Part shown: positions 28,413 through 40,000 of the stretch, piece after piece | How the letters are laid out: every line of letters starts with the position of its first letter | Numbering within the stretch: position 1 is the stretch's first letter | Origin: a virus | Virus record (IMG/VR): IMGVR_UViG_3300007513_000015 | Span: 1-64,000 of that record | Length of the DNA stretch: 64,000 bases | Strand: one strand, 5' to 3' | Program-made: the position numbers and the translations under genes | The notes under the pieces: model-generated | Databases searched by the model: none | The model's input: only the letters and a program-made list of their open reading frames with translations | Told to the model about the DNA's origin: nothing

Positions 28413-31400
28413 ATGGCCAACGATAATTTTTCCAAAACTCCAGCAAAGTTTCTTTCAATCTTTGTAGAGAGAATGGTTCCTGATTATGTTCGGGAAGATC
28501 ATCCTATGTTCATTACTTTCTTACGGAAGTATTTTGAATATCTGGAAAGGGAAACGGACGTCAATGGTGAACTTGGTGAATATTCTCAGATTACAGATTT
28601 AATTCAGAATGTTGATATTGACCACGCTTTGGATCAATTTATACCAGAGTTCGAGAAACAATATCTAACAACAACTCCACACACTGCAATCGATCCCACT
28701 GTACCTACTACAGATAAGGCATTCCTTGCTAAAAATATTCAAGATGTTTATCGACAAAAAGGTACAACATCTGCACTTAATTTTCTATTCAGAAGAGATT
28801 TTAATACCGATGTAAATGTTATTTATCCGAAACAGTGGTTGATGAAATCGTCTGGTTCAATTTGGTATGAGCCAAAATGGATTACAGTTCTAACAGATAA
28901 AGAGACCACTAATCCTGAATCTGAATACTATAATGAGATTGAAAATGTTCATACTGCTGAAACTGTAAGGACAGTATATAATAAGAAAGTTATTGGTCAA
29001 ATATCTGGGGCTACTGCTTTCATTGATATGGATGAAAGTTCAGCAACTTCTGATTATGAGAAGTTACTTTTAACAGAAGTTTCAGGAGAGTTCATCAAGG
29101 GCGAGCCAATCTGGGAAGATGTTGGTACATCTGGTCAGATACCATACGTTGCTGTTATTATCTCGGAAGGCATCGAAACTGAAGGTGAATGTATAATCAA
29201 CGGTAACTCTTGGGCAGATCGTTGGATGCATATCACAACCCATCCGAATGAAGTTAAGTATATCATATCAGAAGGCGCTGGCGCGATTAAAGGTACTACA
29301 TCAAATGCAACAGCGATTATTGAAGGATTTAATACAGACTGGACACGATTTGACCTAAAAAATATTGATGGTGAGTTTGTTGTTGGTGAGAATATTTTCA
29401 ATACTGCTGGTTCAATATATTGGGAAAATCCAACATCTTCGTTCTGTTCCTCAAGTAATGATTATCCGCTATTCACATTTGATAATGAAATTGATTGTGT
29501 AAATGCACTGCATCCAGAAGGACATATTAATGAATCACCTTTCTTCGGTGAACCAGCATTTCTACACTGGTTCCCATTAGCCGAAGTTACTTCAACTATA
29601 CAAAGCGTAGAAAATAACATTCTCACAGAAGGCACAGCACGGCCAGTTACTCGTGAACAGTGTAATAATCTTCTTGATGGTTCTCATTCAAAAGTTAAAA
29701 CTGCTGTTTGGAAGACAAATGGTTATTGGTTAGATTCTGGCGGATTCTTATCATCTGATAGAAAACTCCAAGATAATAGTTATTATCAGGACTTCTCTTA
29801 TGTAATTAAATCTGATGTTCCTGTACAGACATACCGTGAAGTATTAAAGAAGCTGGTTCATCCAGTTGGTCTAAAACTATTTGCTGAATTCTCATTCCAG
29901 TCTACCGTAGACCTTAAGGTTGAAATGCCATCGAATTATGTTAAATTGATTACATACATCTTCTCATATCTTGATGTTGCTATTGATATTTGGGACCAAG
30001 AGTCAGAACAACACGGTACAGTTGGAAGAGCGCATACTGGATTTGGTGTTTATCTTGAAGATGGATTTGATGAATATGTTGTAGAAATTATGAATATGAT
30101 GGACAATAGATCCGCATTAATTTCTGCTGAATCTTGGGATAATCCAACAGACCATCTATCTGTAAACTTTGAGATTGATGCTGGTAGAATTGGCACTATA
30201 GTTAAAGAGAAACTATATACAATTTCTTGGATGAATGAAGATGTAAGAAACTCAATTCTTGCTTGGCCAGAAACAACTGCTCTTGAATTCACAAAACAAT
30301 TGAAGGTTCTACCTATTGATGAATTCCCGTCTGCAACACAAGAATTGGAAATTGTTGATGATTTGTATAGTTCCACAGATGGTAGAATGATTTCTGCTGA
30401 AATTTGGGAAATGTCTGTATATAAAGCACTTCAAAAACTTGTTGAATGGGTTGATTCATTTATGCCAGAGGCAGACTATGCGCCTGAGAAATCATACAAG
30501 TATTTTGAGGCTAATAGAGAATCAAATAGAATTCACAATATTTATGGCGTAACCAATGATGTAATTGATACTGTTGAGATTCAGGCATTTGAAAGTGAAC
30601 ACGAAATCCATTCTCACGGAGAAAAGAATGGATTTGCTCCTCTTGTGGAGACTGTTATCACAAAAGGACTTGAATTGCCTGAAATGAATGTTGGGGCTTC
30701 GGCATTCCACGTTCACGATTTTAATGGTGAGCAAATCAAGAATCTTATTGTACACGGCAAAGAAGCAACTGCAAGAGGATTATCACACCAAGAAGCAAGA
30801 GATTTGATTAATAGAAACGCATTCGAGATTCCAACATTCTATGGTGCTAATCTCGTTTGTGGTGGAATTATGACACCTCCTCTTTGGGGTGATTGGGTTG
30901 CTTCTGAAACTGATCCACGTTATAATGGTATCGGAGAATGTTTCAATTCACAATACACAAACGAAGCTGATTGTGTGGCGTTCTTTGGTGACCCAATGTT
31001 CTGGATGAATCCAATGTGTTCCGATCAAACATCTCCAGACGAAGCGACTTGTCATACTAATTCACAATCTTGGGGCTATTTCACACTTGAATCATTATCT
31101 CCACTGAAAGGACACGCCTCATATTTTGAACCTGGTGAAGTTGTTGATAGACAAAGAGGGCGTACTGCTGATCCTCTTTCAAGAATACAAGCACGACAAT
31201 TAATTGATGGTGATATCACTTCTGTTACACTATATGACAATATCGGTAAACTTGATAATGGTCATCCTATTGTTGATGAATACGATGTGACTCAAGGTGG
31301 CACAATCACGAATATCCACGGAGAAATTACTTCTGCCCATTATCACGAATATGAAGTGACATATGATGCTGATTGGGAAAACAAAACTGACTGGCAGAAT

Positions 31401-34400
31401 AATCCATTAACTCACGGATTTATATACACTCCTGTAACTACTTGGCTATGTTTCAACTATCAGCCAGACAAGATTGTTGATCCTGATTCTATGGGTGGAA
31501 TGGACTTTATGGGCAATCAATGGCCTCAGAACGTCTTTATGGAAGTTTCGGACGAATATGTTGCTGGTTTCTTAAACAATCCTGATGTTACACTACAACA
31601 CAATCAAGTATGGAGTGAACAGCTAAATCCAAATGTTGATTGGGTAGAAATTTACTCATCTAATCATATTGCTCAAATTGCCGGCACTGGTGATACTGGA
31701 GACCTAGTAAGTGCTACTATGTTGACAGATCAAGTAACTGATATCGCCACTATTGAAGCATATCCAATGGATAGTAATAAAGTTGTTATTTGTGACCAAG
31801 CTGGATTGATTTATCTATTAGACACCATAACTGGCGCAACTGATGGTTTTATGGACTTGACTTCATTGAATCTAACTATTGGTCTCGGCCCGTTCGCAAA
31901 CTATGATGAACGAGGATTGCTTGGTATAGCGTTTCATCCTGACTATGTTAATAATGGTAAGTTATATGTTTACTATATGACAGAACAGGGCGGCACAACT
32001 GGTGCTTGGGGGTATCCTCTTTCATCTACTGTTATATCAGAATTCACTTCTGCTGATCCTGCTACTCATTCTGTAGACATTTCAACAGAAAGAGTCCTAA
32101 TGACTATTCCACAGCCTGATTTCAATCACAATGGTGGTGAACTAGCATTCGGACCAGATGATATGCTGTATATTGGTCTTGGTGATGGTGGTTCTGCTGG
32201 TGACACTTCTCCGCTTACAGGCCACGGTGGACACGGCAACTATGGTAATGCTCAAAATCCTACTAATCTACTTGGATGTATTCTTAGAATCGATCCTACA
32301 GAGGATACAGTAAACAATCTACCGTATACTATTCCTGTGGATAATCCATTTACTGCTTCAATTTACGGCCCAGATTCAGTAGCATATAGGCCTGAAATCT
32401 TCGCATTCGGATTCAGAAATCCTTGGAGATTCTCTTTTGATAACACTGGAAGACTTTGGTGTGCTGATGTTGGTCAAGATAAATTTGAAGAGATTAATAT
32501 TGTAGAATCGGGCGGCAACTACGGTTGGAGAGTAATGGAAGCATATCATTACTATGAAGAACAACAACCAATTATTGACCAAATTGCTATTGATTTAGGA
32601 TATACTACTACAAACGAATACTTGAATGACTTAAAGCAACCTATTCACGAATATTCTCACGGCACTGGTATTTCAGTGTGTGGTGGTTTTGTGTATCGTG
32701 GTACTGCTATGCCTGAACTGGTAGGTAAGTATATCTTTGGTGATTGGTCTACTACGTGGGAAGGTACATCTGGTCATTTATATACATTAGAAGAGAATAA
32801 TGAGGGACTATCTGCTCATTTTATTGTTCTGCCGAATCCAACAAATGGCTCTACCCATAGTCATACACTAACATTAACTGCGGCACACGTTCAATTCTTA
32901 CAAGCAAATCCAGGATCACCTGTTGTGGTGACTCAGACGGATTCTGTTCATTCTGAATTCTATGTTCATACATTTACAATGATATGGAGTACAGCAGATA
33001 ATCAATTCCATCTTGTTGGTCAGACAAATCCTGAAGGACACGACATATTAGAGTTTGATAAGTGGTCAGATGATTTTGCATATATAAGAAAACCTCTTTC
33101 ATTTTGGGATCCTGTGACCGAAGTTGTCACCCTTACCACATATGACGAATCATTATTAACTATCGGCGAAGATACAGATGGAGAATTATACTTCTCCACC
33201 CGTGGTGGTATTGACACTGCTCAAGGAACTGGCCCAAATAATACAAACATTTATAAGTTAACAGAAACTTACAGTTCTGTTGATATTCCTAATGCACCAG
33301 CTCAGATACCAGCTACGGAAGTGGCTCACGTTCACGGATACAAAGTGACGTATGATAATGAGAATATGTTCCAAGTCGAAGAGATTTCAGATATCGAAAT
33401 GCAAGATTGGGATGAATTCTGGCCTATCTGGTCATTAAATGATCCAGCTTCCCATATTCATCCTGTTATCACATCTTGGACTGGTGTTACTGATAAAGAT
33501 ACCATTATTGGTTCCTCTGCTGGATGGTATTATAACGAAGAGAATGATATTTGGGAACCATATGACACTGGTGCAGATACACCTTGGACACCTGAGACTG
33601 ATGATGGACCAACTACATTCTATATTGAAAATGCTCCTATTGTAAACATTCTTGGTGCAAATGAGTATGGAGAAAACACTCACATCCACTATTTTGATAG
33701 TTCACAACTTGACACACTTGGTGCAAATTCAGATAGACTCGCTACACCACTCACACGTATCCAAGCACAAGAATTAGCAAATGGTGTTGTGAATGAAGTA
33801 ATTATTTACTCATCTATCATTAACTCTGGCAATAGATTACATTATCATAAGTATAAGATTCTTTGGAATTTATCCACTCAACAATTCATTGCAAATGAAA
33901 TCGGTGAATTCTGGGATGAATATAACACTGGTGAATACACTATGGTAACAGAGGACACAAGAACTCACGAGCATACATTGACAGTAGATGGATTAACTAC
34001 TCACTTAGGATGGAATGGTACTCCACTTCATTCTGCTCCTGATGTAACTCTTGCAAATGCCCACGATTGGGACAATCTTGAAGGGTCTGAAATTGATCAT
34101 CTTCATTCATTTAATAATACAACACTTGATACAATTGGTGTTAATGCAGGAAGACAATCTCTTCCTATAACAGATGAACAAGCAACTGACTTGATTAATG
34201 GCGATTCAGCAGAAATTATGATATATTCTTCTATCGCAAACGGCGACCATTATCACGGCATTCGTGTAACCTATGATAGTGATTCATTGTCATTCATTGC
34301 CCAGGATGTGGAGAAATGGGAATCTACAGATGGTGCTCAGTTCTTCAACACTACGCCAAGGTCACACGCTCACGCAACAAGTGTTTCTAATGTTATTTCA

Positions 34401-35861
34401 CGACCTGGATTCAATGAATCATTATCAATTCTTCCAACGTTCGGTGCGCCTGGTTATCCGTATCCTGGTGGTTCGCATCCACACTTCTTCAATAATACAG
34501 TTGTTGGACCATTTGCTTGGAATAATGAGATTGAACACGCTGATGGTTTATCAACCACAGAAGCAATGAATCTGATTGATGGTATTGAAGAATCAGTATT
34601 AGTGTATGATTCAATTGAGGGTGCCCACTTCCACGATTATACAATCAAATGGAACGATGTGACAAATAAATTCTATTGTTCAGAATCCACTACTTGGATT
34701 CGTGGTGGTATTGAAGATAATACACAAGACACTTCGAAATATTATACATCTGTTGTAATGAATGAGTCCGAAGGACTTCATTGGCATAACTTGACTGTTG
34801 ACTGGAATCCTAATACCGCTCCAGTTCCTCAACAGACTGGTGGTTCAATCTTTGTAACAAGAACAACAAGCGTTGATGAAGTATTAACTTCTGATCCACA
34901 GATTACAGTACAATCATCATCAACAGAATTAAGTCCTGAAACTACAACATACAATGACACTCCAGAAGCTGGTGATACGACTGTTATCACGACTTATTCT
35001 GATTTGATAACTACTACAACAACAGAAACAGTAACAATCACTACCACTACAACCACTACAACATATTATTCTGATGGAGCAAATCAAGTTGTAGTTGGTG
35101 AACCAGTAATTTCAAATGTTTCTACGCCTACTACAACAACAGAAACAGTAGAAGATTTGACAGAAAGAAAGACATTCGTTAATGGAATTCTTCAGGCGAA
35201 TAACCCGCCTGTTATTTGGATTCAGCCATCATTTATTGATGGAGAAGGTTCACACGACCACTTATTATATGATGGCTGTACACTTGACTCAGAAGGTCAA
35301 TATGCAGGCAGAATCTGTGAACCAATTACACTTTCACAAGCAAATGAATTAATCAATGCTCAGGATATTAATTACGGATTCATTTTCTTCGATTCGCCTA
35401 ATGGGGCTGACGCTCATTATCACGGATATACAATTAAGTTTAATCCTAATATTGGGCCAGATGGTGAGTTTGTTGTAACAGGAATCACTCAGTTTGATAG
35501 AATTCCTGGTACTGGTGAGACTGTACATAAATTCAAGTTGTCTGGTGGTTATCACGATCACGATTATTGGATGAGCGTTTCTGAATACACTTCTCTTCTT
35601 TCTGGAAATCTCGTTATAACTCCTCAGAGAGATATGATTCACGCAACTCAATATACACACGAATTGACAGTTTCACATACGACTGGACAATATAACATTG
35701 TATCACAAACTAGCGACTATGACAATCACAATTTGTTGACATATTTAGGTAGTGTTGCATTAGGTGGAGAATGGACACAAAACTTTGAAGGCGGCGGTGC
35801 AGGCGATCATATACATACTACAATCATTGATGATTCAAATGTGTGGCCTGTCCCAGTATAA
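28413..35861 (+). CDS. gp7: gp7-like baseplate wedge protein with large C-terminal extension (GSDH-like beta-propeller plus HxH repeats)
   Basis: N-terminal VPDYVREDHPMFITFL..YFEYLE, KGT..AL.FLFR and LQDNSYYQDFSYVIKS...VHPVG; between gp6 and gp8. Confidence 0.8.
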   Translation: MANDNFSKTPAKFLSIFVERMVPDYVREDHPMFITFLRKYFEYLERETDVNGELGEYSQITDLIQNVDIDHALDQFIPEFEKQYLTTTPHTAIDPTVPTTDKAFLAKNIQDVYRQKGTTSALNFLFRRDFNTDVNVIYPKQWLMKSSGSIWYEPKWITVLTDKETTNPESEYYNEIENVHTAETVRTVYNKKVIGQISGATAFIDMDESSATSDYEKLLLTEVSGEFIKGEPIWEDVGTSGQIPYVAVIISEGIETEGECIINGNSWADRWMHITTHPNEVKYIISEGAGAIKGTTSNATAIIEGFNTDWTRFDLKNIDGEFVVGENIFNTAGSIYWENPTSSFCSSSNDYPLFTFDNEIDCVNALHPEGHINESPFFGEPAFLHWFPLAEVTSTIQSVENNILTEGTARPVTREQCNNLLDGSHSKVKTAVWKTNGYWLDSGGFLSSDRKLQDNSYYQDFSYVIKSDVPVQTYREVLKKLVHPVGLKLFAEFSFQSTVDLKVEMPSNYVKLITYIFSYLDVAIDIWDQESEQHGTVGRAHTGFGVYLEDGFDEYVVEIMNMMDNRSALISAESWDNPTDHLSVNFEIDAGRIGTIVKEKLYTISWMNEDVRNSILAWPETTALEFTKQLKVLPIDEFPSATQELEIVDDLYSSTDGRMISAEIWEMSVYKALQKLVEWVDSFMPEADYAPEKSYKYFEANRESNRIHNIYGVTNDVIDTVEIQAFESEHEIHSHGEKNGFAPLVETVITKGLELPEMNVGASAFHVHDFNGEQIKNLIVHGKEATARGLSHQEARDLINRNAFEIPTFYGANLVCGGIMTPPLWGDWVASETDPRYNGIGECFNSQYTNEADCVAFFGDPMFWMNPMCSDQTSPDEATCHTNSQSWGYFTLESLSPLKGHASYFEPGEVVDRQRGRTADPLSRIQARQLIDGDITSVTLYDNIGKLDNGHPIVDEYDVTQGGTITNIHGEITSAHYHEYEVTYDADWENKTDWQNNPLTHGFIYTPVTTWLCFNYQPDKIVDPDSMGGMDFMGNQWPQNVFMEVSDEYVAGFLNNPDVTLQHNQVWSEQLNPNVDWVEIYSSNHIAQIAGTGDTGDLVSATMLTDQVTDIATIEAYPMDSNKVVICDQAGLIYLLDTITGATDGFMDLTSLNLTIGLGPFANYDERGLLGIAFHPDYVNNGKLYVYYMTEQGGTTGAWGYPLSSTVISEFTSADPATHSVDISTERVLMTIPQPDFNHNGGELAFGPDDMLYIGLGDGGSAGDTSPLTGHGGHGNYGNAQNPTNLLGCILRIDPTEDTVNNLPYTIPVDNPFTASIYGPDSVAYRPEIFAFGFRNPWRFSFDNTGRLWCADVGQDKFEEINIVESGGNYGWRVMEAYHYYEEQQPIIDQIAIDLGYTTTNEYLNDLKQPIHEYSHGTGISVCGGFVYRGTAMPELVGKYIFGDWSTTWEGTSGHLYTLEENNEGLSAHFIVLPNPTNGSTHSHTLTLTAAHVQFLQANPGSPVVVTQTDSVHSEFYVHTFTMIWSTADNQFHLVGQTNPEGHDILEFDKWSDDFAYIRKPLSFWDPVTEVVTLTTYDESLLTIGEDTDGELYFSTRGGIDTAQGTGPNNTNIYKLTETYSSVDIPNAPAQIPATEVAHVHGYKVTYDNENMFQVEEISDIEMQDWDEFWPIWSLNDPASHIHPVITSWTGVTDKDTIIGSSAGWYYNEENDIWEPYDTGADTPWTPETDDGPTTFYIENAPIVNILGANEYGENTHIHYFDSSQLDTLGANSDRLATPLTRIQAQELANGVVNEVIIYSSIINSGNRLHYHKYKILWNLSTQQFIANEIGEFWDEYNTGEYTMVTEDTRTHEHTLTVDGLTTHLGWNGTPLHSAPDVTLANAHDWDNLEGSEIDHLHSFNNTTLDTIGVNAGRQSLPITDEQATDLINGDSAEIMIYSSIANGDHYHGIRVTYDSDSLSFIAQDVEKWESTDGAQFFNTTPRSHAHATSVSNVISRPGFNESLSILPTFGAPGYPYPGGSHPHFFNNTVVGPFAWNNEIEHADGLSTTEAMNLIDGIEESVLVYDSIEGAHFHDYTIKWNDVTNKFYCSESTTWIRGGIEDNTQDTSKYYTSVVMNESEGLHWHNLTVDWNPNTAPVPQQTGGSIFVTRTTSVDEVLTSDPQITVQSSSTELSPETTTYNDTPEAGDTTVITTYSDLITTTTTETVTITTTTTTTTYYSDGANQVVVGEPVISNVSTPTTTTETVEDLTERKTFVNGILQANNPPVIWIQPSFIDGEGSHDHLLYDGCTLDSEGQYAGRICEPITLSQANELINAQDINYGFIFFDSPNGADAHYHGYTIKFNPNIGPDGEFVVTGITQFDRIPGTGETVHKFKLSGGYHDHDYWMSVSEYTSLLSGNLVITPQRDMIHATQYTHELTVSHTTGQYNIVSQTSDYDNHNLLTYLGSVALGGEWTQNFEGGGAGDHIHTTIIDDSNVWPVPV
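31710..33270 (+). other. glucose/sorbosone dehydrogenase (PQQ-GDH/HHIP-like) beta-propeller domain within gp7
   Basis: ERGLLGIAFHPDY, HNGGELAFGPDDMLYIGLGDGG, LLGCILRIDP, IPVDNPF, EIFAFGFRNPWRFSFD, DVGQDKFEEIN, GGNYGWR, GEDTDGELY. Confidence 0.88.
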
Positions 35862-35885
35862 TGTAACGATAATTATTTTTAGATG

Positions 35886-35893
35886 TATAAATA
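35886..35893 (+). promoter_or_regulatory. T4-type late promoter
   Basis: TATAAATA upstream of gp8. Confidence 0.75.
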
Positions 35894-35943
35894 GTTCTGA
35901 TTATTTAATCAAATATATTAAAAAACTTTAAGGAGTATTCAAA

Positions 35944-36954
35944 ATGGGTGCAATTGTAACCAGTAAATTTAGAACACAGAACTTGATGGTATTTATTGAC
36001 CAGTTCAAAACTACTGGTTCTGTTGATGATAACTTCCTGTATCTAGGCTTCGGACGTTCACAAGCGTGGGCTGATGATGCTCAAGGAAATGACGAATCTT
36101 CAGGTAACTTCACATTACCTGATCCACTTGATGAAGATGAAGGACAATATTGGGCTGACATTGTTGGCGCAAAGCGTATTCAGAATGATGATATATCACC
36201 TGTACTTCCACGTGTTGACTGGGAAGGCGGTGATACTTTAGCATTCGATGGTGATACTACTAATGGTATTGTAGGTATCGCTGAGCCCGGTCGTTCTTTC
36301 GTTTCAAAGACTGGATATCATTCAGTTATAATGAATTCAGAGTATCGTGTTTATATGTGTACTGGTGAACCTACTGGTGGTAAGTGTTATATTGGTGGTG
36401 TATTTGATGGTGGTACTGCTACTTCACGTACAACTTGTGAGAACACTACTGGTGGATTATGGCTACCTACTGGTGCTTCTGAGGAACCAACTGGATTTAC
36501 AGGTGATGCGGCAGGACTAACTTCACAAGCAATTACTACTGCTGATGGTTATGTGTGGACTTTCCTTTATAAGCTAGAATTGAATGATATTATTAACTCA
36601 ACTACAAATGACTGGATGCCTGTTATTTCTGGTACTGGTGTTCTTTCTGGTTCTGAGCAATCAAACTTTGGTGATGTTGATGCTATCTTTACGGCAAAAT
36701 GTCATCACGGTTTGATTCACGTTCGACTAGAAACTTCTGATGGATTCCCAGAAAATGATGACTTCCGTCAAATTGGTCTGTTACGTAATCCTGAATTGGC
36801 GGGCGGTGGAACAAAGGCACAATCTGCGGTATATGCTGATGCTGTTACATCACTTGAACAAGATTCAGGACAGTTAATTTATCTTGAGAATCGCCGTGCG
36901 ATTACTCGTGCTTCTGATCAGATTGAAGATTTGAAACTTGTAGTTGAATTCTAA
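35944..36954 (+). CDS. gp8: baseplate wedge subunit gp8
   Basis: AIVTSKFR, YLGFGR..AW, YRVYMC, DGYVWTFLY, FRQIGLL.NP, SGQLIYLENR..I.RA.DQ.ED.KLVVEF. Confidence 0.92.
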   Translation: MGAIVTSKFRTQNLMVFIDQFKTTGSVDDNFLYLGFGRSQAWADDAQGNDESSGNFTLPDPLDEDEGQYWADIVGAKRIQNDDISPVLPRVDWEGGDTLAFDGDTTNGIVGIAEPGRSFVSKTGYHSVIMNSEYRVYMCTGEPTGGKCYIGGVFDGGTATSRTTCENTTGGLWLPTGASEEPTGFTGDAAGLTSQAITTADGYVWTFLYKLELNDIINSTTNDWMPVISGTGVLSGSEQSNFGDVDAIFTAKCHHGLIHVRLETSDGFPENDDFRQIGLLRNPELAGGGTKAQSAVYADAVTSLEQDSGQLIYLENRRAITRASDQIEDLKLVVEF

Positions 36955-36973
36955 ATCTGTAAAAGCTATACTG

Positions 36974-37019
36974 AATATCCCTATTCTGTATATAAGATAA
37001 ATATACGAATAGGGATATT
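36974..37019. other. long intergenic hairpin
   Basis: AATATCCCTATTC-t-GTATAT...ATATAC-GAATAGGGATATT between gp8 and the next gene; terminator or processing site. Confidence 0.6.
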
Positions 37020-37047
37020 TCATAAGAACAAACTGTAGGATAAGATA

Positions 37048-40000
37048 ATGGCGTATAATTTTAACACTTCACCATACTATGACGATTTTAATGCAGATGA
37101 TAGATTTCTAAGGATTCTATTCAATCCAGGTCGTGCTGTCCAGGCAAGAGAATTAACGCAAATTCAATCCATTCTACAGAATCAATTGCAGTCAGGCGCC
37201 AACCATATTTGGAAGAACGGTACTCCAGTAATTGGTGGTGAAGTATCAATTAATACAAGAGAATGGTTACAATTAGCTGATGTTGATTCGACCTGGTTGA
37301 ATCGTGTTGTTTATGGAGAAACATCAAACGCGGTTGCGATAATTGAGCAACTACACGATGATGAAACTCAGCCAATTTATTATTATAGAGTTCTTTCAGG
37401 AAATTTTGCTGATACTGAAAATCTACATACATATGATACGGTTTGTGATGGTGGTTTCGATGAATCTGGTAATTGCGCGGACAACTCTTGGTATGATGCT
37501 ACTCAAGCATACAAAGCGGGTGTTATTACAGCAAAGGGTCAAGGTCTTGAAGCTAAAGTTGGGAATGGAATATACTGGTTGGATGGATTTTTCACTCCAG
37601 TATTAGAACAAACAATTTTTCTTTCTCCAACCTCTCCAACACCAACAACAAAAGTTGGTTTTGATATTGGAGAGAATATCATTGAATCTACAACTGATCC
37701 GAGACTTCTTGATCCTGCTTCAGGATTCTATAATCAGAATGCTCCTGGTGCAGACAGATATCAAATTGCTTTAACCTTAGTAAAAGAAGAGGATTCTGCT
37801 GAATCTAATAAATGGATTTGGTTGATGGACATTTCTGAAGGTAAAATCACAACTACATTTGAATCAACTACATATTCCCTTCTAGCAAATGAATTGGCAC
37901 AGCGTACATATGATGAGAGTGGTAACTATACACTAAATCCATTCCCATTAGAGATGAAAGAGAGTGCTGATTCTAGTAAATTTATAATTAAAGTAGAACC
38001 ATCAAAAGCATATATTAATGGCCATTCTCACGAATTATTAGTTCCTACTGAACTTGAATCTAATAGAGCAAGAACATCAAGGCACGTGGCAAATGACCAC
38101 ATCACTCCTGAATTTGGTCCATATTTTGAGATTGAAAGTGTTAATGATTTACACGGTGTATTTAATGTAGTTAATAAGGAATATGTTAATTTTGTAACTG
38201 ATGAAAATTATACTTCTGCTATTGCGAATCCAACAACTGTAGGTCAGAAACAAAGAATTACCCACGTTACTAAAGAGGATACCTCTTTTAGAATCTATGT
38301 TGAAAATGATGATGGTTTAGATGCTATTTCACCAGCACGTTATATTGTTTCAGAAAGTGATCCTGATGTATATGCTAAACTATATCGTCCAACGGGAGTA
38401 GCAACCCGCAATGGGGTTAATTATCCTTGGATATATAAAATGACGGATATTGTTTCGTCTGTTACTCTTGGACAGGTAACATTCTCAACACAAAAGAATT
38501 TCAGTGCAACATTAACCTCTGATACTGCTTCTGTTCCTGCTGTATTTAATGATATGCATTGGGAACGTGTTTTATACATTTTCGATGATACTACAGGAAG
38601 TATTATTCCTAAATCTGGCACGGTCGCTTCTGGTGATATGTGGACTGCTGACTTATCAGGAAACACAAACGCTATTATTAATATAGTTGACCAGGATGGT
38701 AATGTTAGCACTAATTTAAGTGGACACCATATTAGCATTATGGCTGATATGTATATGAGTAATGCCCAGTGGAGGTCAATTGGTCAAGATGCTGCCGCAT
38801 CTGGTGACTTCATTCTTTCCGATGAAGTGTTGACTCTTCCACACGGTGTAACTAAAATTGTTTCTGTAATTGCTCCTGATACAACAAATGTTACTAACTC
38901 TTTCACTTTCCTTTATGGTGAGACTGACACCACATATGGCAATGCCACACTCACTTGGACAGATACAGTAAACGCCTCTCAACCGGGCACATATACAGTT
39001 ACATATGAAGTATATAACTTCGGCAACATCACAACAGCAAACTATTTCGCTGTAAACTCATATACTGATGCTGGTTTATCATATGAGATTATTCCTGCAT
39101 ATAGAGGAAATGTTAATCAGGAAATTTTTTCACTAGCAGATACACTTGATTTCAGAACATCGGAGGATGATTATGCTGTGGGTACATATTTACCACTTCC
39201 TTCATCTAATATTTCTGTTTCATATGACTACTATCTTCCTAGAAAGGATAGACTTGTAATTGATGATGATGGTATTATTTCAATCAAAGAGGGATTCCCT
39301 TCTGATGATCCGATTCTTCCTACAGAAGAACCAAATGAAATGACACTATATACAATGTTTGTTCCTGCTTATACATTTGAACATAAAAATGTTAATGTCA
39401 CTCACGTTAAAAACAAACGATACACAATGCAGGATATTCGAGGCATTGAGAATAGACTTGATAAATTAGAATATTACACCGCACTAAATCTACTAGAACA
39501 AGAAACTGCGGCGATGCAGGTTATTGATGAGAGTGGTTTAATGCGTTATAAGAATGGTATGCTAGTGGATCCATTCGTAGACCACGGCATTGGTGATATC
39601 AATGATGAAGAATACTATGTTTCGATTTATCCAGAAGCAGGTATTTGCACAACTCCATTTGAAATGAGTGGTCTTGATTTTGAGGGTGGTGTTGTCTCTG
39701 GAATGAGAAAGAATAACATTACATATACACTTGATTTTGATATTATCGAGAGTTGGATTTCTCAACCATATGGTTCACAAGTTATCAATCTAAATCCTTA
39801 CGCAAGAAAATCTTGGGTTGGATTCGTAACACTTACTCCTTCAACTGATACTTGGTTTGAAGAAGAATATATGCCTGATGTTATTATTCAAAATGAAAAT
39901 AATAATGCAGTTCTACAACAAGTAGAGACTTATGGCACTCAAACTCGCTGGGGTAATTGGCAGACAACTTGGAGTGGTTGGAGAGATACTGGCGGAAGAT

